Shown here piece by piece: positions 29,788 to 43,442 of a stretch of 64,000 bases of DNA; the first letter of the stretch is position 1, and every line of letters starts with the position of its first letter. The translations under genes were made by a program, and so were the position numbers. Source of the DNA: Octopus vulgaris (lineage: Eukaryota); NCBI GenBank assembly GCA_951406725.2, contig OX597839.1:7440001-7504000 (forward strand). Reading direction: 5' to 3'. Under the pieces are notes generated by a model. That model had not been told where the DNA came from. It worked only from the letters and a program-made list of their open reading frames with translations, and did no database searches.

Positions 29788-30163
29788 GCTAAATTGTTCA
29801 TAGTGTTTTACGGTGAATACATTTGTACTAACAAAAGTAAGTCCGGAAACAGCTGAGTCTTGCGGCCTCTACTGATGAAACTACGGAACTAACCGAAACT
29901 GACCGATCAGTAGGGAATTCTCGACCAGCGTTTTCAGGCGATTACGGTCCTGGAGGACTGCTCTCTGCAATGGAGCCAGCTCCTTCGAACAGAACAGACA
30001 ACAGAATTAGGAGGCAAAACGCAGGAGAAGAAAGGAGCGTCTTCAACATCCTCGACCTCCACCACCGACTTGGACTCCGAAGTCACTTTCGGCACAAACA
30101 TCAGCCGAGGAAACTGACGAATCCAATGCTCAGATACGAGCTGGAGCTGACGATATATATATA

Positions 30164-30745
30164 CACAGGCATGCAGGGAGTGATAGACACCTTTAATTTT
30201 CAAAATCTTTTATTTGCTATTAATTGGTTGAAGGAGAGCTTTTCTTCTAGCTACACGTCCATAATACCCAAGCATATGCAGATTTGTAACACACGTTCTT
30301 GGACTAACTTCTAGCTGTTTTGCAATGTCAGAAGCCTTTCGAACGGGGTTCGTTTTCCACAATTCTCTTCAAACAGCGAAGCTTCCTTTCCGAGAGCCCG
30401 GGTCCGCCGGGACGAGAATTTGTTGATTCTTTTCCTTGGCTTTTGAATTGCACTATAATTCTATGAACAGCAGCAACAAGAATTTGAAGATTTTTTTCTG
30501 CAATTTTTCTCTGGCTAAGACCAGACTCAGATTGCCCAACAATACGATCTCTGAAAATCCGACAGTACTGCTGATTTTTTTTGCGCGTGGCTTGGTTACT
30601 CTTCGCAAATGTTTAATATAATGGCACCTGGAATGAAAAAGAACCATTACATTGTAAATTCTACACCGCCAAAAACATATTAAGACGCTTAGATCAGAAA
30701 TTTAAAAAATTTAACGTGTCTATTTACACCTTGCACGTCTGTGTG
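30164..30745 (-). mobile_element. Internally deleted Tc1-like transposon retaining the N-terminal DNA-binding region
   Basis: TA-flanked imperfect TIRs CACAGGCATGCAGGGAGTGATAGACAC / GTGTCTATTTACACCTTGCACGTCTGTG. Minus strand reads RIVGQSESGLSQRKIAEK..VHRIIVQFKSQGKESTNSRPGGP..LKRIVENEPRSK /frameshift/ ASDIAKQLEVSPRT..LHMLGYYGRVARRKALL. Confidence 0.85.
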
Positions 30746-30993
30746 TATAGGTAGGTGATGCAAACATCCGAAATAAAAGTTAAAATATGAGTAGGGCAAT
30801 TCGTTTGCGTACATGGAGAGAGAGTGATGTATAACCTTTAGAGTATAGTTATCAATGCGAAAGGTATTTTATTAATTTATTCATTATTTTGCTTCCCATA
30901 TAGAAATATTTCTCATGGAACCAGACACATATACAAGTGCCAACGTTTCGAAAGGCTCTGCCCTTGAATTACTCTGGTGAAATTCTGTTAAAT

Positions 30994-31107
<114 letters not shown>

Positions 31108-31115
31108 TATATACA

Positions 31116-31163
<48 letters not shown>

Positions 31164-31379
31164 TAGGTAAAATATATACACCAATTGCATGAATATTTAT
31201 AGGTTATATAAACTGTTTATCCACCACATCATACATATGTATGCCTGTAACTATGTTTCTCTCTATATATATGTACATGTATATATGTATATAAATGTAT
31301 ATATATATATGCAAATGCATATATATACGCATGTATAAATAATTAAGTAAATATATATATATATATATATATTTGTTTG

Positions 31380-31439
<60 letters not shown>

Positions 31440-31833
31440 TGTATGTACGTAGGTATGTGGGTATGTACCGTGTAGAAGCGGAAGTCTGTGACAACTCGAC
31501 TGCAATAAAAAACGAATGTTTACGTTAGAGACATTTTTGGTTAAAGAACTGACATGGCACCAATAAACAAACGGGTTTCGGAATAGTGTTGCTTCAATCT
31601 TAGACACAATTTTTGCTCTAACCTAAGATCTTTCCTAACATTTTCCAATTCAACTGAAACATTTGAGTCAATACGAATGTATCTTTGTGGATTGGGCTTC
31701 TAATTCAATGCATGTCGTTCTAGGTATACAGAAACTAAGGTGTTTGTATACAGATATTGCAATAACATACACAAAATTAACAATACTCATAAGATCTCGA
31801 TTATATAAATCTATCTATCTATTTGTATATGGA

Positions 31834-31872
<39 letters not shown>

Positions 31873-32091
31873 CACGCATACACACACATACACACACACA
31901 CACATATATATATATGTATATATATATATATTTGAGTAGTTGAATGAATTATCTTATTATGGATAATTCGGTTAACCGATACCTGGGTAGCAAATTCACG
32001 TCAGAAAAACACGGTTGAAGCTACATGCCAAGGGCAGAGATCACGTGCTTTCGTGTGGAAATTTGTGTGTTTTTTTAAATACAAATAAATT

Positions 32092-32129
<38 letters not shown>

Positions 32130-32304
32130 ATAGAGCTAGCTAGAGGCTATGGCCTCTTGGAGATAATCAACGGCAGCATTCGTCTTATATTACTGGACTG
32201 CCATATTGATTTTGCGATAACTATTAATATCCAGTACCGCTGCCGTAGTCTCCTTTAGAGAGACTTAGAAATTTTAATAATTCTATTTATATATATATAT
32301 ACAT

Positions 32305-32525
32305 TTTAAATAATAAGGGTAGAAATTAATATTAATCAACTAAAACCAGTGGCTTAGCATATTTTAAAAAAATCGAAGATTAAGAATTCTATTACATACA
32401 AATTTAAAAGGAATGACTACTAAGGTGGACACCTAATATGCTAAACGTAGACGTCAAATCGCCATTTTTAATGGCGATTTGATGCCTATGTTTAGCATAT
32501 TACGTGTCCACTTTAGTAGTCATTC
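32305..32525 (-). mobile_element. Asymmetric fold-back element in (TA)n
   Basis: Inverted arms 32411-32466 / 32470-32525. The left arm extends ~100 bp further, and that extension recurs inverted at ~35933-36020. Confidence 0.7.
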
Positions 32526-32880
32526 ATCTTAATTCTATATATATATATACATATATACATATATAGATAAGTGTGTGTGCATATATGTAGTTTAATGTAG
32601 TGTATGTGTGTACGTAAATGTGTACGTGTGTATGTGTGTGTGTTTAAAACATTACCACTACCGTTCTGTCTGGAATTGTTAGTACGCTCGATAACGATAT
32701 TTTAACTGCAAACTTGAGAGAACAAAATATTTTTATTAAATCGGTGCCATGTTTATAAACATAATTATAGAGATCCCTTTGAGAAAATAGGTGAGTGCAG
32801 GTCACTAGTCTGGTTAGTATTTATACAAAGGTAGTTATTTATGAATGTACGTATATACTGAGTTGTGTGTATACGTATTC

Positions 32881-32970
<90 letters not shown>

Positions 32971-32996
32971 TTGAATACGTATATATATACATATAT

Positions 32997-33083
<87 letters not shown>

Positions 33084-33204
33084 ACATATATTTAAACAGA
33101 ATTGGTGACTTTTCTCGCGCACACACATTACAGATGCAAGAAATTAAACGAAGATGGTTAGATAAGTGTATGGGAGAGCTTGTGGGATTCTGCATGTGTG
33201 TGTG

Positions 33205-33296
<92 letters not shown>

Positions 33297-33297
<1 letters not shown>

Positions 33298-33490
33298 GGA
33301 GTCTGGATAGATTTCTTCAAGGAATACCGGGTAAGCCACCCATAATTGGATACAACTCACCCAACAAGAACTCACTACATGAATGGACCATAAACAAAAC
33401 TTGACTTAAACAGGATTTAGATAATCCTATCAGGTGGTGCTATTAAGTTGGACATGGCCTGGACCGATCTTTGGTCGAAACATATCTAAG
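33297..33490 (+). mobile_element. Probable 3' terminal fragment of a CR1-group LINE
   Basis: [27 protein letters not shown] resembles the LDxFLxxxPDxP..GY...NSL C-terminus of invertebrate CR1-type ORF2; a short UTR follows. Confidence 0.45.
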
Positions 33491-34296
33491 TTTATCTATA
33501 TATATATATATATTTTCACAAATGTATATTTTCACAAATGAGGATGAAGATGTTGGTATCTTTATAGATAGATATTGGTATCCATACACATATATGTGTG
33601 CGTGTGTAAATATATATGAGGTGCGTGCTCGCATGTGCGTGTGTGTGAATGTGAAACCATTCGATTCGTTTAGAATATTCGGCAATCAACACCAAACCCT
33701 TGGTGGTTCATGACCACCCAGGATTCAATAAATAAGAGATATAAAAAAAACATGACGCTGTAAAATCTCTTCTTTGTATCCCCCGCCGCCGCCGCCAACC
33801 CATGAAGATATTAATTCATTTGGTTGACCTGAATAAAAGAACAGAATTTCAGAATTTATCCCTCACCTCTCTATCCACCAATCCAATTCGTTTTACATTT
33901 CCTCTCACCTTATTGGGCATCATTCGCTACTTTCCAATAGATAATGGGTTTCACAGGTTTGCAAATATATAGGTCCGTCATTTACAAAATATTTGTGCAA
34001 CATTTTAATGTATTTCAAATATACAGAATGTCTTATAATATTCTTTTACTGTTTTACTTGTTTCGGTCACTTGATTGTGGCCATGCTGGAACACCGCCTT
34101 TAGTCGAGCAAATCGACCGCAGAACTGATTTTTTTTGTAAGCCTAGTACTTATTCTATCGATCTCTTTTGCCTAACTGCTAAGATACGGGGACGTAAACA
34201 CACCACTATCTGTTGTGAAGCGATGTTGGGGGGACAAGCACAGACACACAAACATATACATACATACATACATACATACATACATACATACATACA

Positions 34297-34394
<98 letters not shown>

Positions 34395-34414
34395 TAGATA
34401 TAGATATATATATA

Positions 34415-34751
34415 CTTTATTTTAAGCAACAGAAAATTCAACAAAATCTGTTACTCTGAGTTTCTCGTTGCCGTTCATCAGACAATTTTTGCTAGAATGG
34501 AACTTATATATTAATTCAATCTATACTCTTACAAACGCTACACCTTTAAGATTGAATTAATATATAAGAGTATAGATTGAATTAATATATAAGTTCCATT
34601 CTAGCAAAAACTGTCTGATGAACGGCAACGAGAAACTCAGAGTAACAGATTTTGTTGAATTTTCTGCTGCTTAAAATAAAGCATATTACTCTACCACTGG
34701 TATTTGAGTACTCTTTTTTCCACCGTGTTTCACATTTATGTGTTTACTCCG

Positions 34752-34754
<3 letters not shown>
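34415..34754 (+). mobile_element. Asymmetric fold-back element in (TA)n carrying hammerhead motifs
   Basis: Inverted arms 34415-34531 / 34565-34681. The spacer holds a short duplication, and ~70 bp of unpaired extension follows. (TA)n on both sides. Confidence 0.8.
34611..34648 (+). ncRNA. Type I minimal hammerhead ribozyme motif
   Basis: CTGT-CTGATGA-A CG GCAA CG A-GAA-ACTCAGAGT-A-ACAG: stem I CTGT/ACAG, short GNRA-capped stem II, stem III ACTC/GAGT. Inverted copy at 34448-34485. Confidence 0.75.
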
Positions 34755-34810
<56 letters not shown>

Positions 34811-34881
34811 CACAGTCACATGACTGAAACAAGTAAAAGAGTAGAAGAGTATATACATATTCTAAAGAAAAATTAATGTAC

Positions 34882-35235
34882 AGGCGTAACAATGTGGTAA
34901 GAAACTTGCTTCCCAACCATATGTTTCAGGGTTCAGTCCCACTGCGTGACATCTTGTTCAAGTGGTTTCTACTATATCGTCGGGTAGACCAAGGACTTGT
35001 GAGTGGATTTGGTAGACGGAAACTGAAAGAAGCTCGCCGGATGTATATCGGTATATAGAAATATATTTGTGTCTTTGTGTCTTTGTTTGGCCCCAACACC
35101 ACCGCCTGAGAACCGGTGTTGGTGTGTTTGCCTCCCCGTAACTTAGCGTTGCGGCAAAAGAAACCAATAGAATAAGAACATGGCTTTAAAAGCGGTACCC
35201 CAGTATGGCCGCACTTTAATGGATGAAGCTACTAA
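34882..35235 (+). mobile_element. SINE family B, diverged
   Basis: GGGTTCAGTCCCACTGCGTG..GTGAGTGGATTTGGTAGACGGAAACTGAAAGAAGC and the 3' half are present. Confidence 0.75.
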
Positions 35236-35748
35236 CAGATAAAACTTAAAAGATTGAGTCAATCTCTCACCCGATATATAATATAGTACGTATGTATGTG
35301 TGCGTGTGTGTGAGCAAGTATGTACGTATATATGCAAGGATATATATTTAGGTATATACGCATGTATACAGTTGTGTGTGTCCTACACGCAAATACACAC
35401 GCAAACATATTTGTGCAAAATATTCGAAGAATTGGAACAAGCATTATATTTATATATCATTTATCTCGTGTTGTCATGTGTGTGTGTGTGTGTGTATGTG
35501 TGTGAGTGTGTGTGAGTGTGTGTGTGTGTATACATACACGCACACACACACACACATATATATATACTTATATATAGATAGATGAATAGATAGAGAGATT
35601 GATGGATATAGAAAAATGTAAATCATTTGTGTATGTGCGTGTATATATGTATTACACAATAGACATATAATACATATGCATATATATATATATATGTGTG
35701 TATATATATATATGTGTATATATATATATGTATATGTATATATATATG

Positions 35749-35779
<31 letters not shown>

Positions 35780-36116
35780 GTATGTATATAAATATGTGTA
35801 TATGTGTGTGTACATATATATATATATATATATATACATAAATATATACACATATACATATGCATGTATATATATGTATATAGAGATATAGATATATATA
35901 CATATATATACACATATATATTACATACATGTAATCTTCAGGTTTTTCAATATGCTAGGCCACTGGTTTTAAATTGATATTAATCAAATTAATATTCAAT
36001 TTTTCACCCTTATTATTCATATATATATACATATTTGAAACAGTATCCACGCTTATATTCGTATAAGTACATGTATTCATGTGTGTATGTGGTTGAGTGT
36101 ACGTATGTAATTACTC

Positions 36117-36223
<107 letters not shown>

Positions 36224-36684
36224 AATACATAGATACGTACGTACATGCGCGTACCCATTTGCTCAAGCCTCATTGGTGTAACGCTCTGTTTCAAAACAGC
36301 TCTTAGAGAGGTAAGTGCTGCAACAGATTGGGAAATGGAGAAAAACGGGGCGGGCAAGATGGCAGCATGGCGGGACGGGGAAGAAATGGTAGAAGTATGG
36401 AAGTACAAAACGCGAAATGTGAAAAACGGGGAGCTTGGGGTAGGGGTAGGGTAATGGTGCCGGTGGTGATGGTGGGGCTGAATATATATTTTTTAAAAAA
36501 TAGTCTAAAAAACAAAGGAATAAATGCTTTGAGAATGGGGGCGTCAAGAAGTGAGTCGAACAAAGGAATATGAACAGAAGTGTTTATATAATTATATATA
36601 AATATATATATATATATATATAATTATACATATATACATATATATATACATACAATATATATACTTCACCTTATATATATATAC

Positions 36685-36732
<48 letters not shown>

Positions 36733-36939
36733 ACCTTTTGCTTTTTAATACACGTATATATATGTACTTTTATATATATGTGTATATCTTCATATAAATA
36801 TATAGAATATATATATATATATATATATATATAGACTTCACCTTATATATATACATTTATGTATATATATATATATATACCTTTTGCTTTTTAATACATG
36901 TATATATATATATGTACTTATATATATGGGTATATCTTC

Positions 36940-36988
<49 letters not shown>

Positions 36989-37934
36989 TGCATGTATGTA
37001 TGTAATGTATGTACTTGGGTATATATTATGTATGTATGTATGTATGTATGTATGTATGTGTTCATGTATTGCTGTATGCTGAAGTAGAATGGCAGAAATA
37101 TGATGGGGATCAAGAGAGAGAAGAGTGACGGAGGAATGGGAAGGAGAACAAAAGAGAAACGCAAAGACATTAGCGGAATTTCATGCTCAAATCTCATGAA
37201 AGAACTTTTCGTGTTTACGTTGCTGGTTTTGTGGTTGTTGCTGTTGTTGTTTTTTGAAACGATTCTTGACATCCAATAGAAACGAAGCGAGTGAAATGGA
37301 GGGTATCATTAAGGAAGCGTTGAGAGAGAGAAAGAGGGAGAGAGAGAGAGAGAAAGGGGGAGGCGTGGGGGAGAGATCATAAACTACATAAGAAGAGAGA
37401 AAAGGTAAGTAGTATAATGGCAGATAAATCGCTGGTGGGGGTAAAAAAAAAAAACGGGTGGGTTTGGTTTCCGAAGAGGAAAAGAGGGTGTGTTGTTTTG
37501 GGCTGTTTTCCAGTTTAGTTTCATCTCACGCTCACACACACACACGCACACACACACAAACAAACAAACGCATACGCATACATATAGACGCAAAACTGGA
37601 TAAGTACACCCTACAGGCTTACACTTACACCCTTAGAGAAACACACACAATCATAACCGGCTTTTTTTCAGCGCCATCAGGTTCACAAGGCGCCAATAAC
37701 TGAGGCACCAGTACTACTATCATCCCCAACTGTGCCATCCTCCCAAACCTTCCCCGCCCCCGCCAGCTTTTCTCTTTATGCCCTCATGCTAAATTTGATT
37801 CCCATCAACAGCATCAGCGTCGCCGATGATGTTAGTGCTTTGTATTGCCAATATTTCAACAAATCCTTCCCTCACTTCTAACCCTCCAAGAAGTGTAGAA
37901 TCCAATGTGTAGAATCATCATTGGCCCGTGGTTT

Positions 37935-39020
37935 CTGCTCACCAGCGTCATCACGATCTTCCGCTGGCCAGAATCAGGATTTTTCGCTGACCAGCATCAC
38001 ACCGATTTTCAGCTGGCCAGCTTCATCGCGATTTTCCACTAAGCAGCGTCATCATGATTTTCCGCTGACCAGCGTCATCATGATTTTCCGCTGACCAGCG
38101 TCATCATGATTTTCCGCTGACCAGCGTCATCATGATTTTCCACTGACCAGCGTCGTCATGATTTTCCGCTGACCAGCGTCGTCATGATTTTCCGCTGACC
38201 AGCGTCATCATGATTTTCCGCTGACCAGCGTCATCATGATTTTCCGCTGACCAGCGTCATCATGATTTTCCGCTGACCAGCGTCATCATGATTTTCCGCT
38301 GACCAGCGTCATCATGATTTTCCGCTGACCAGCGTCATCATGATTTTCCACTGACCAGCGTCGTCATGATTTTCCGCTGACCAGCGTCATCATGATTTTC
38401 CGCTGACCAGCGTCATCATGATTTTCCGCTGACCAGCGTCATCATGATTTTCCGCTGACCAGCGTCATCATGATTTTCCGCTGACCAGCGTCATCATGAT
38501 TTTCCGCTGACCAGCGTCGTCATGATTTTCCGCTGACCAAAATTGTTTTTGCTTCAGCACACGAGCTCAAATCAGGTCACTTACGATGCAAGCTCATCTC
38601 TGTAATTACAAGATCTTGAGCCAGGCTACCAAAACTCTGAGGAAAGCCGATACTTGTTGCATGAGAAAAATAACAGCTAAGCAACAGTTTCATTTCATTA
38701 GACACTGCATCTCACTGAAGGTTTCTCTCATTTACATGTAGAAAGATCATGATGATGCTGATCTTTCCCTTTCATGATTTTCTGCTGGCCAGCGTCATCA
38801 CGATTTTCCACTAAGCAGTGTCATCATGATTTTCTGCTGACCATCATCATCATGATCTTTCACTGAATAACATTATAATTATTTTTCGCTGCCCAGCATT
38901 ATCCTGATTTTCCGCATTCCAGTCTCACTCCGATTTTCTGTTAACCAGCATTATCACAATTTTCCTCTGTCCAGTCTCCCCGCGATTTTTGGATCACCAG
39001 CGTCATCACGATTTTTCGAT
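37935..39020. repeat. 26-bp minisatellite CCGCTGACCAGCGTCATCATGATTTT
   Basis: About 19 near-identical units at 38044-38539, with degenerate units on both sides. Interrupted by an insertion at ~38541-38745. Confidence 0.95.
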
Positions 39021-40108
39021 CACCTGTCGCTTTTCTGATAAACAACATCACTTATGTTGCTAGTGTAACCATTTAATTTGTTATTACCTGTGGCACGAAT
39101 CTTACTAAGATGCTTACATGCATCTCAACATGTATGTATGGATTCCTACATGTAAATGAGAGAAACAACCTTCAGTGAGATGTGTGAGGGCGCGTGGCTT
39201 AGTGGTTAGGGCATTCGGCTCATGATCGTAAGGTTGTGAGTTCGATTCCCGGCGACGCGTTGTGTCCTTGAGCAAGACACTTTATTTCACGTTGCTCCAG
39301 TCCACTCAGCTGGAAAAAATGAGTTGTACTTGCATTTCAAAGGGTCAGCCTTGTCACTCTCTGTGTCACGCTGATTATCCCCGAGAACTACGTTAAGGGT
39401 ACACGTATCTGTGGAATGCTCAGCCATTTGCACGTTAATTTCACGAGCAAGCTGTTCCGTTGATCGTATCAGCTGGGACCCTCGTCGTCGTAACCGGCGG
39501 AGTCTTTTTTTTTTTTCAGTGAGATGCAGTGTCTAATGAAATGAAACTGTTGCTTAGCTGTTATTTTTCTCATGCAACAAGTATCGGCTTTCCTCAGAGT
39601 TTTGATAGCCTGGCTCAAGCTTTCGTAATTACGGAGATGTGCTTGCATAGCAAGTGACCTGATCTGAGATCGTGTGCTGAAGCAAAAACAATTTAAAGAC
39701 ACACAAAAGTCGTTAAATCTAATTTGTCATATGTACGTATGTGTAGATGTATGTGTATGTCGGCGTGCGTTTGTATGTGCGTGTATGTATTGTGTGAGTA
39801 TACGTGTGTATGAGTGTGCATGCATGCACGTATGAGTACGTGTGTAGATATATGTATATATTATATATATGTATGTATGCACATAGATATGTATATGTAT
39901 AATATATTTTTTTTATTTTGAATTTTTCAGTGAACAGGTCGCAGTCTGAAAGCGACAATATTTTGACAAAGCAAGTTTAAATGTTGAAGTGAATCTAACG
40001 GTTTTTGTGCTTTCAAATGGCTTCTAAACACATTCCACGCTGCAATTGTTTTTGTTTCAGCACACGATCTCAGATCAGGTCACTTGCTATGCAAGTACAT
40101 CTCCGTAA
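38541..40108. mobile_element. Three pieces of one interspersed repeat in +/-/+ orientation (38541-38741, ~39146-39729, 39927-40108)
   Basis: AATTGTTTTTGYTTCAGCACACGA..ATCAGGTCACTT is present in all three. The middle copy is split by a SINE. Confidence 0.75.
39183..39514 (+). mobile_element. SINE family C2 with target-site duplication
   Basis: A box TGGCTTAGTGG, B box GAGTTCGATTCC, T-rich end; TSD TTCAGTGAGATG at 39171-39182 and 39515-39526. Confidence 0.9.
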
Positions 40109-40127
40109 TATATATATATATATATAT

Positions 40128-40300
40128 AGCTGGAATTTACAGAAAAACAAAAGACGAAGACAGGTGTATGAACAACAAGCAGGTGTAATTAGTTTGACAC
40201 TCGGGAAGGTGAGAAAGTCTTTCACGTTTCGGGCGTACGCTCTTCATCAGATAGGAACGCGAGTAAATAAACAGAGAGAAAATAGAAAACATACTTGTTG
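40128..40300 (-). mobile_element. Penelope pLTR-like fragment with a decayed minimal hammerhead
   Basis: Minus strand CTGATGA-A-GAGC GTAC GCCC-GAA-ACGT-G at ~40223-40250, between (TA)n tracts. Relatives at ~42385-42510, ~46930-47015 and ~58466-58660. Confidence 0.65.
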
Positions 40301-40932
40301 ATATATATATATATATTCAATAATTCTTTCTTTTACTAGTTTCACTCATTTTATATGAGACTTCGCTAATAATTAGACAAATATTGTAAAAAAACAAAAA
40401 CAGCGATTTTAACTCACAACATTCAATTATTAAACATTCATAATTAGAATGAATAAATGAAACTGAATATTAAGTAGCTATGGAATGTTGGTTTATTGTC
40501 GGGTAACTTTTGACCAACTCTGTATGTATATATGTATAATAATATATTATATGTGTGTGTGTGTGCATGAATGTGTGTATGTATGTATGTATGTATGTAT
40601 GTATGTATGTATGTATGTATGTATGTATGTATGTATGTATGTATGTATGTATGAATGTATGTATGTGTGTTAGAAGAAAGTGAAATTGTAATGCGTGCAA
40701 AATACTTCTTTAGGTATCTGAAGATAAATCTACAGCAGGCTAACAAATATGTCTTTCACTCTGTATTGTACTACAAGTAATCCATCCAAGTCTGTCACCA
40801 TTTAAATTTTAAAATATACGATGGCATTACTGCTCAGTTAAGATGGTAGGCTTTTCCAATGATACATAAAATAGACAGAAATAATGGGTTTATGTATATT
40901 TATTTATTTATTAATTTATTTACTATGCCTAT

Positions 40933-40972
<40 letters not shown>

Positions 40973-41057
40973 TATGCATGTATATGTATGTATAAAGTAT
41001 ATAACAATATTTCTGCTTATGTATATATATGTATGTATATGTATATATATATGTATG

Positions 41058-41106
<49 letters not shown>

Positions 41107-41647
41107 GTATATATATATATATAAATATATATATAAATATATATATATACGTATATATATATATGTGTGTATGTGTGTGTGTGTGTGTATATATATACAC
41201 ACATATATATGTGTGTGTGTGTATGTGTGTGTGTGTGTCTTTGTATGTGAGTGTGTGCACATACATACATATTTACGTACTCTAAAATACATATCCATGA
41301 ACAAACAACTTTTGAATAAATATGAAAAAAATAATCACAAAGTTTATATAAATCTCAACAAGCAGCCACCCCGGGTGCGGAACTGCTGCGTTCAGAAGCA
41401 ACTTAAGCCCTAAAGATAAATGCGATACCCGTTTTAATTCTCTGACAACGAATCAAATACAAGAAGAATACTACTTTTCTCTCCTTGTTTTTTTTTGCTT
41501 GTTTGTTTGTTTTCCTTTCTTTATTTACTTATTGTTTGTTTAGTTTTAGGTGGAATTTTTTATGAATAAAATTTACGTTTTGTTATTTTTTCTGTTTGCA
41601 TGAGATTACAGAGAGCATGTGCAAATATGCGTTTCATTTTACATGTT

Positions 41648-41678
<31 letters not shown>

Positions 41679-41695
41679 ATATGCGTGGGTGTATG

Positions 41696-41730
<35 letters not shown>

Positions 41731-41772
41731 ATATATGTATATTTATAAATATATATATATATAATATATAAT

Positions 41773-41818
<46 letters not shown>

Positions 41819-41964
41819 GTATGTATATGTGCATATACGCTTATATATGTTCTTTCTTTTATTCTTTTACTTGTTATAGTCATTTAACTGCGGCCATGCT
41901 GGAGAACCACCTTTAGTCGAACAAATCGACCCCAGGACTTATATATATATATATATATTTACAG

Positions 41965-42044
<80 letters not shown>

Positions 42045-42813
42045 GTATTAGTTTTCTTGACGCCTGTCTTTGGCCCTCACCACCGCTTGACAACCGGCGC
42101 TGGTGACCTTACATCCCTGTAACTTAGCAGTCCGATGGATAGAATAAAATCAGGATTAAGAAAAATTAAGATAAAGTACATAACTAGATATTAATATGCA
42201 CACACATATATATAGGTATATATAGGCGATGGTGTGACTGTAGTAAGAAGCTTGTTTTCCAACCACATTGTTGCGAGTTTAGCCCCACTGCGTGGCATCT
42301 TGGGCAAGTGTCTTCTGCTATAGCCACGGGCTGACCAAAGCCTGGACAGTGGATGTCGTAGAGGGAAACTGAAAGAATCTTGCCTTTCTGTGTAAGAGCG
42401 TAGGCTCGAAACATTAAATACTCTTTCACTTCCCGAGCGTTATACTAATACATCTGTTTGTTGTCTCCACCATCTGTCTCAGTCTTTTGTTTTTTCTATT
42501 TGTTTTGCAAATTCTCCCTATATACATATGCATGTATGTATGTATGTATGTATGTATGTATGTATGTATGTATGTATGTATGTATGTATGTATTTGAGTG
42601 AGTGTGTTTGTGTGTGTCTTTGTCCGTGTGTATCCTACCCTTCCGCCATCGCCTGATAACCGATGCTGGTGTGTTTATGTTCCCGTAAATTCGTGGTTCA
42701 GCAAAAGAGACTGGCAGTATACGCACTAGGCTTAAGTAGAATAAGTCCCGGAGTCGATTTCTTCGAGTAAAACCCTTCAAGGGCGGTGCTCCGGCATACA
42801 TGCATACATTTGC

Positions 42814-42930
<117 letters not shown>

Positions 42931-43410
42931 GTATGTATATATATATATACGTATGTATGTATATACATATATGCTAATATGCTAATGAAATTATGCTAAT
43001 ATATGTCATAAATTATATCTGCTTACAAAGAATTTGTCTTTTTATTATTATTATTATAAGTTTTTATCAATATCAACTTAATTTTAAGAGACGATAAAAT
43101 AATGAAACCAATGCGATGAGGGAAAGCGCTACTATGAACAAAGTAAGGGTCATAGTAAACTTACTAAATAAATAAAATAATTCCATAAAACAACAGGAAA
43201 ACTGGCAAATAAATTAACAAAACAACGCGAGATACAAAATAAACAAACAGAAAACAACAGGAAGTAATTCACTTACCCGCCCTCATGCTCTGCCCTTGCT
43301 AAATAGCTTATCTGAATGTGTTATCAGGGGAAAGATAACATACATATATACATACATCCATACAAATATATTCATTTTTATTTAGAAACAAATTTTTATA
43401 TATGCACTTG

Positions 43411-43442
<32 letters not shown>

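Noticed and set aside
30930-30990. Additional hammerhead (minus-strand CGAAACGTT)
   Set aside because: No recognisable CUGAnGA-type core upstream of the putative stem II.
38044-38539. CRISPR-like or snoRNA-like array
   Set aside because: The units are contiguous with no unique spacers, no cas genes are present and the context is eukaryotic. Box C-like ATGATGA and box D-like CTGA lie on opposite strands.
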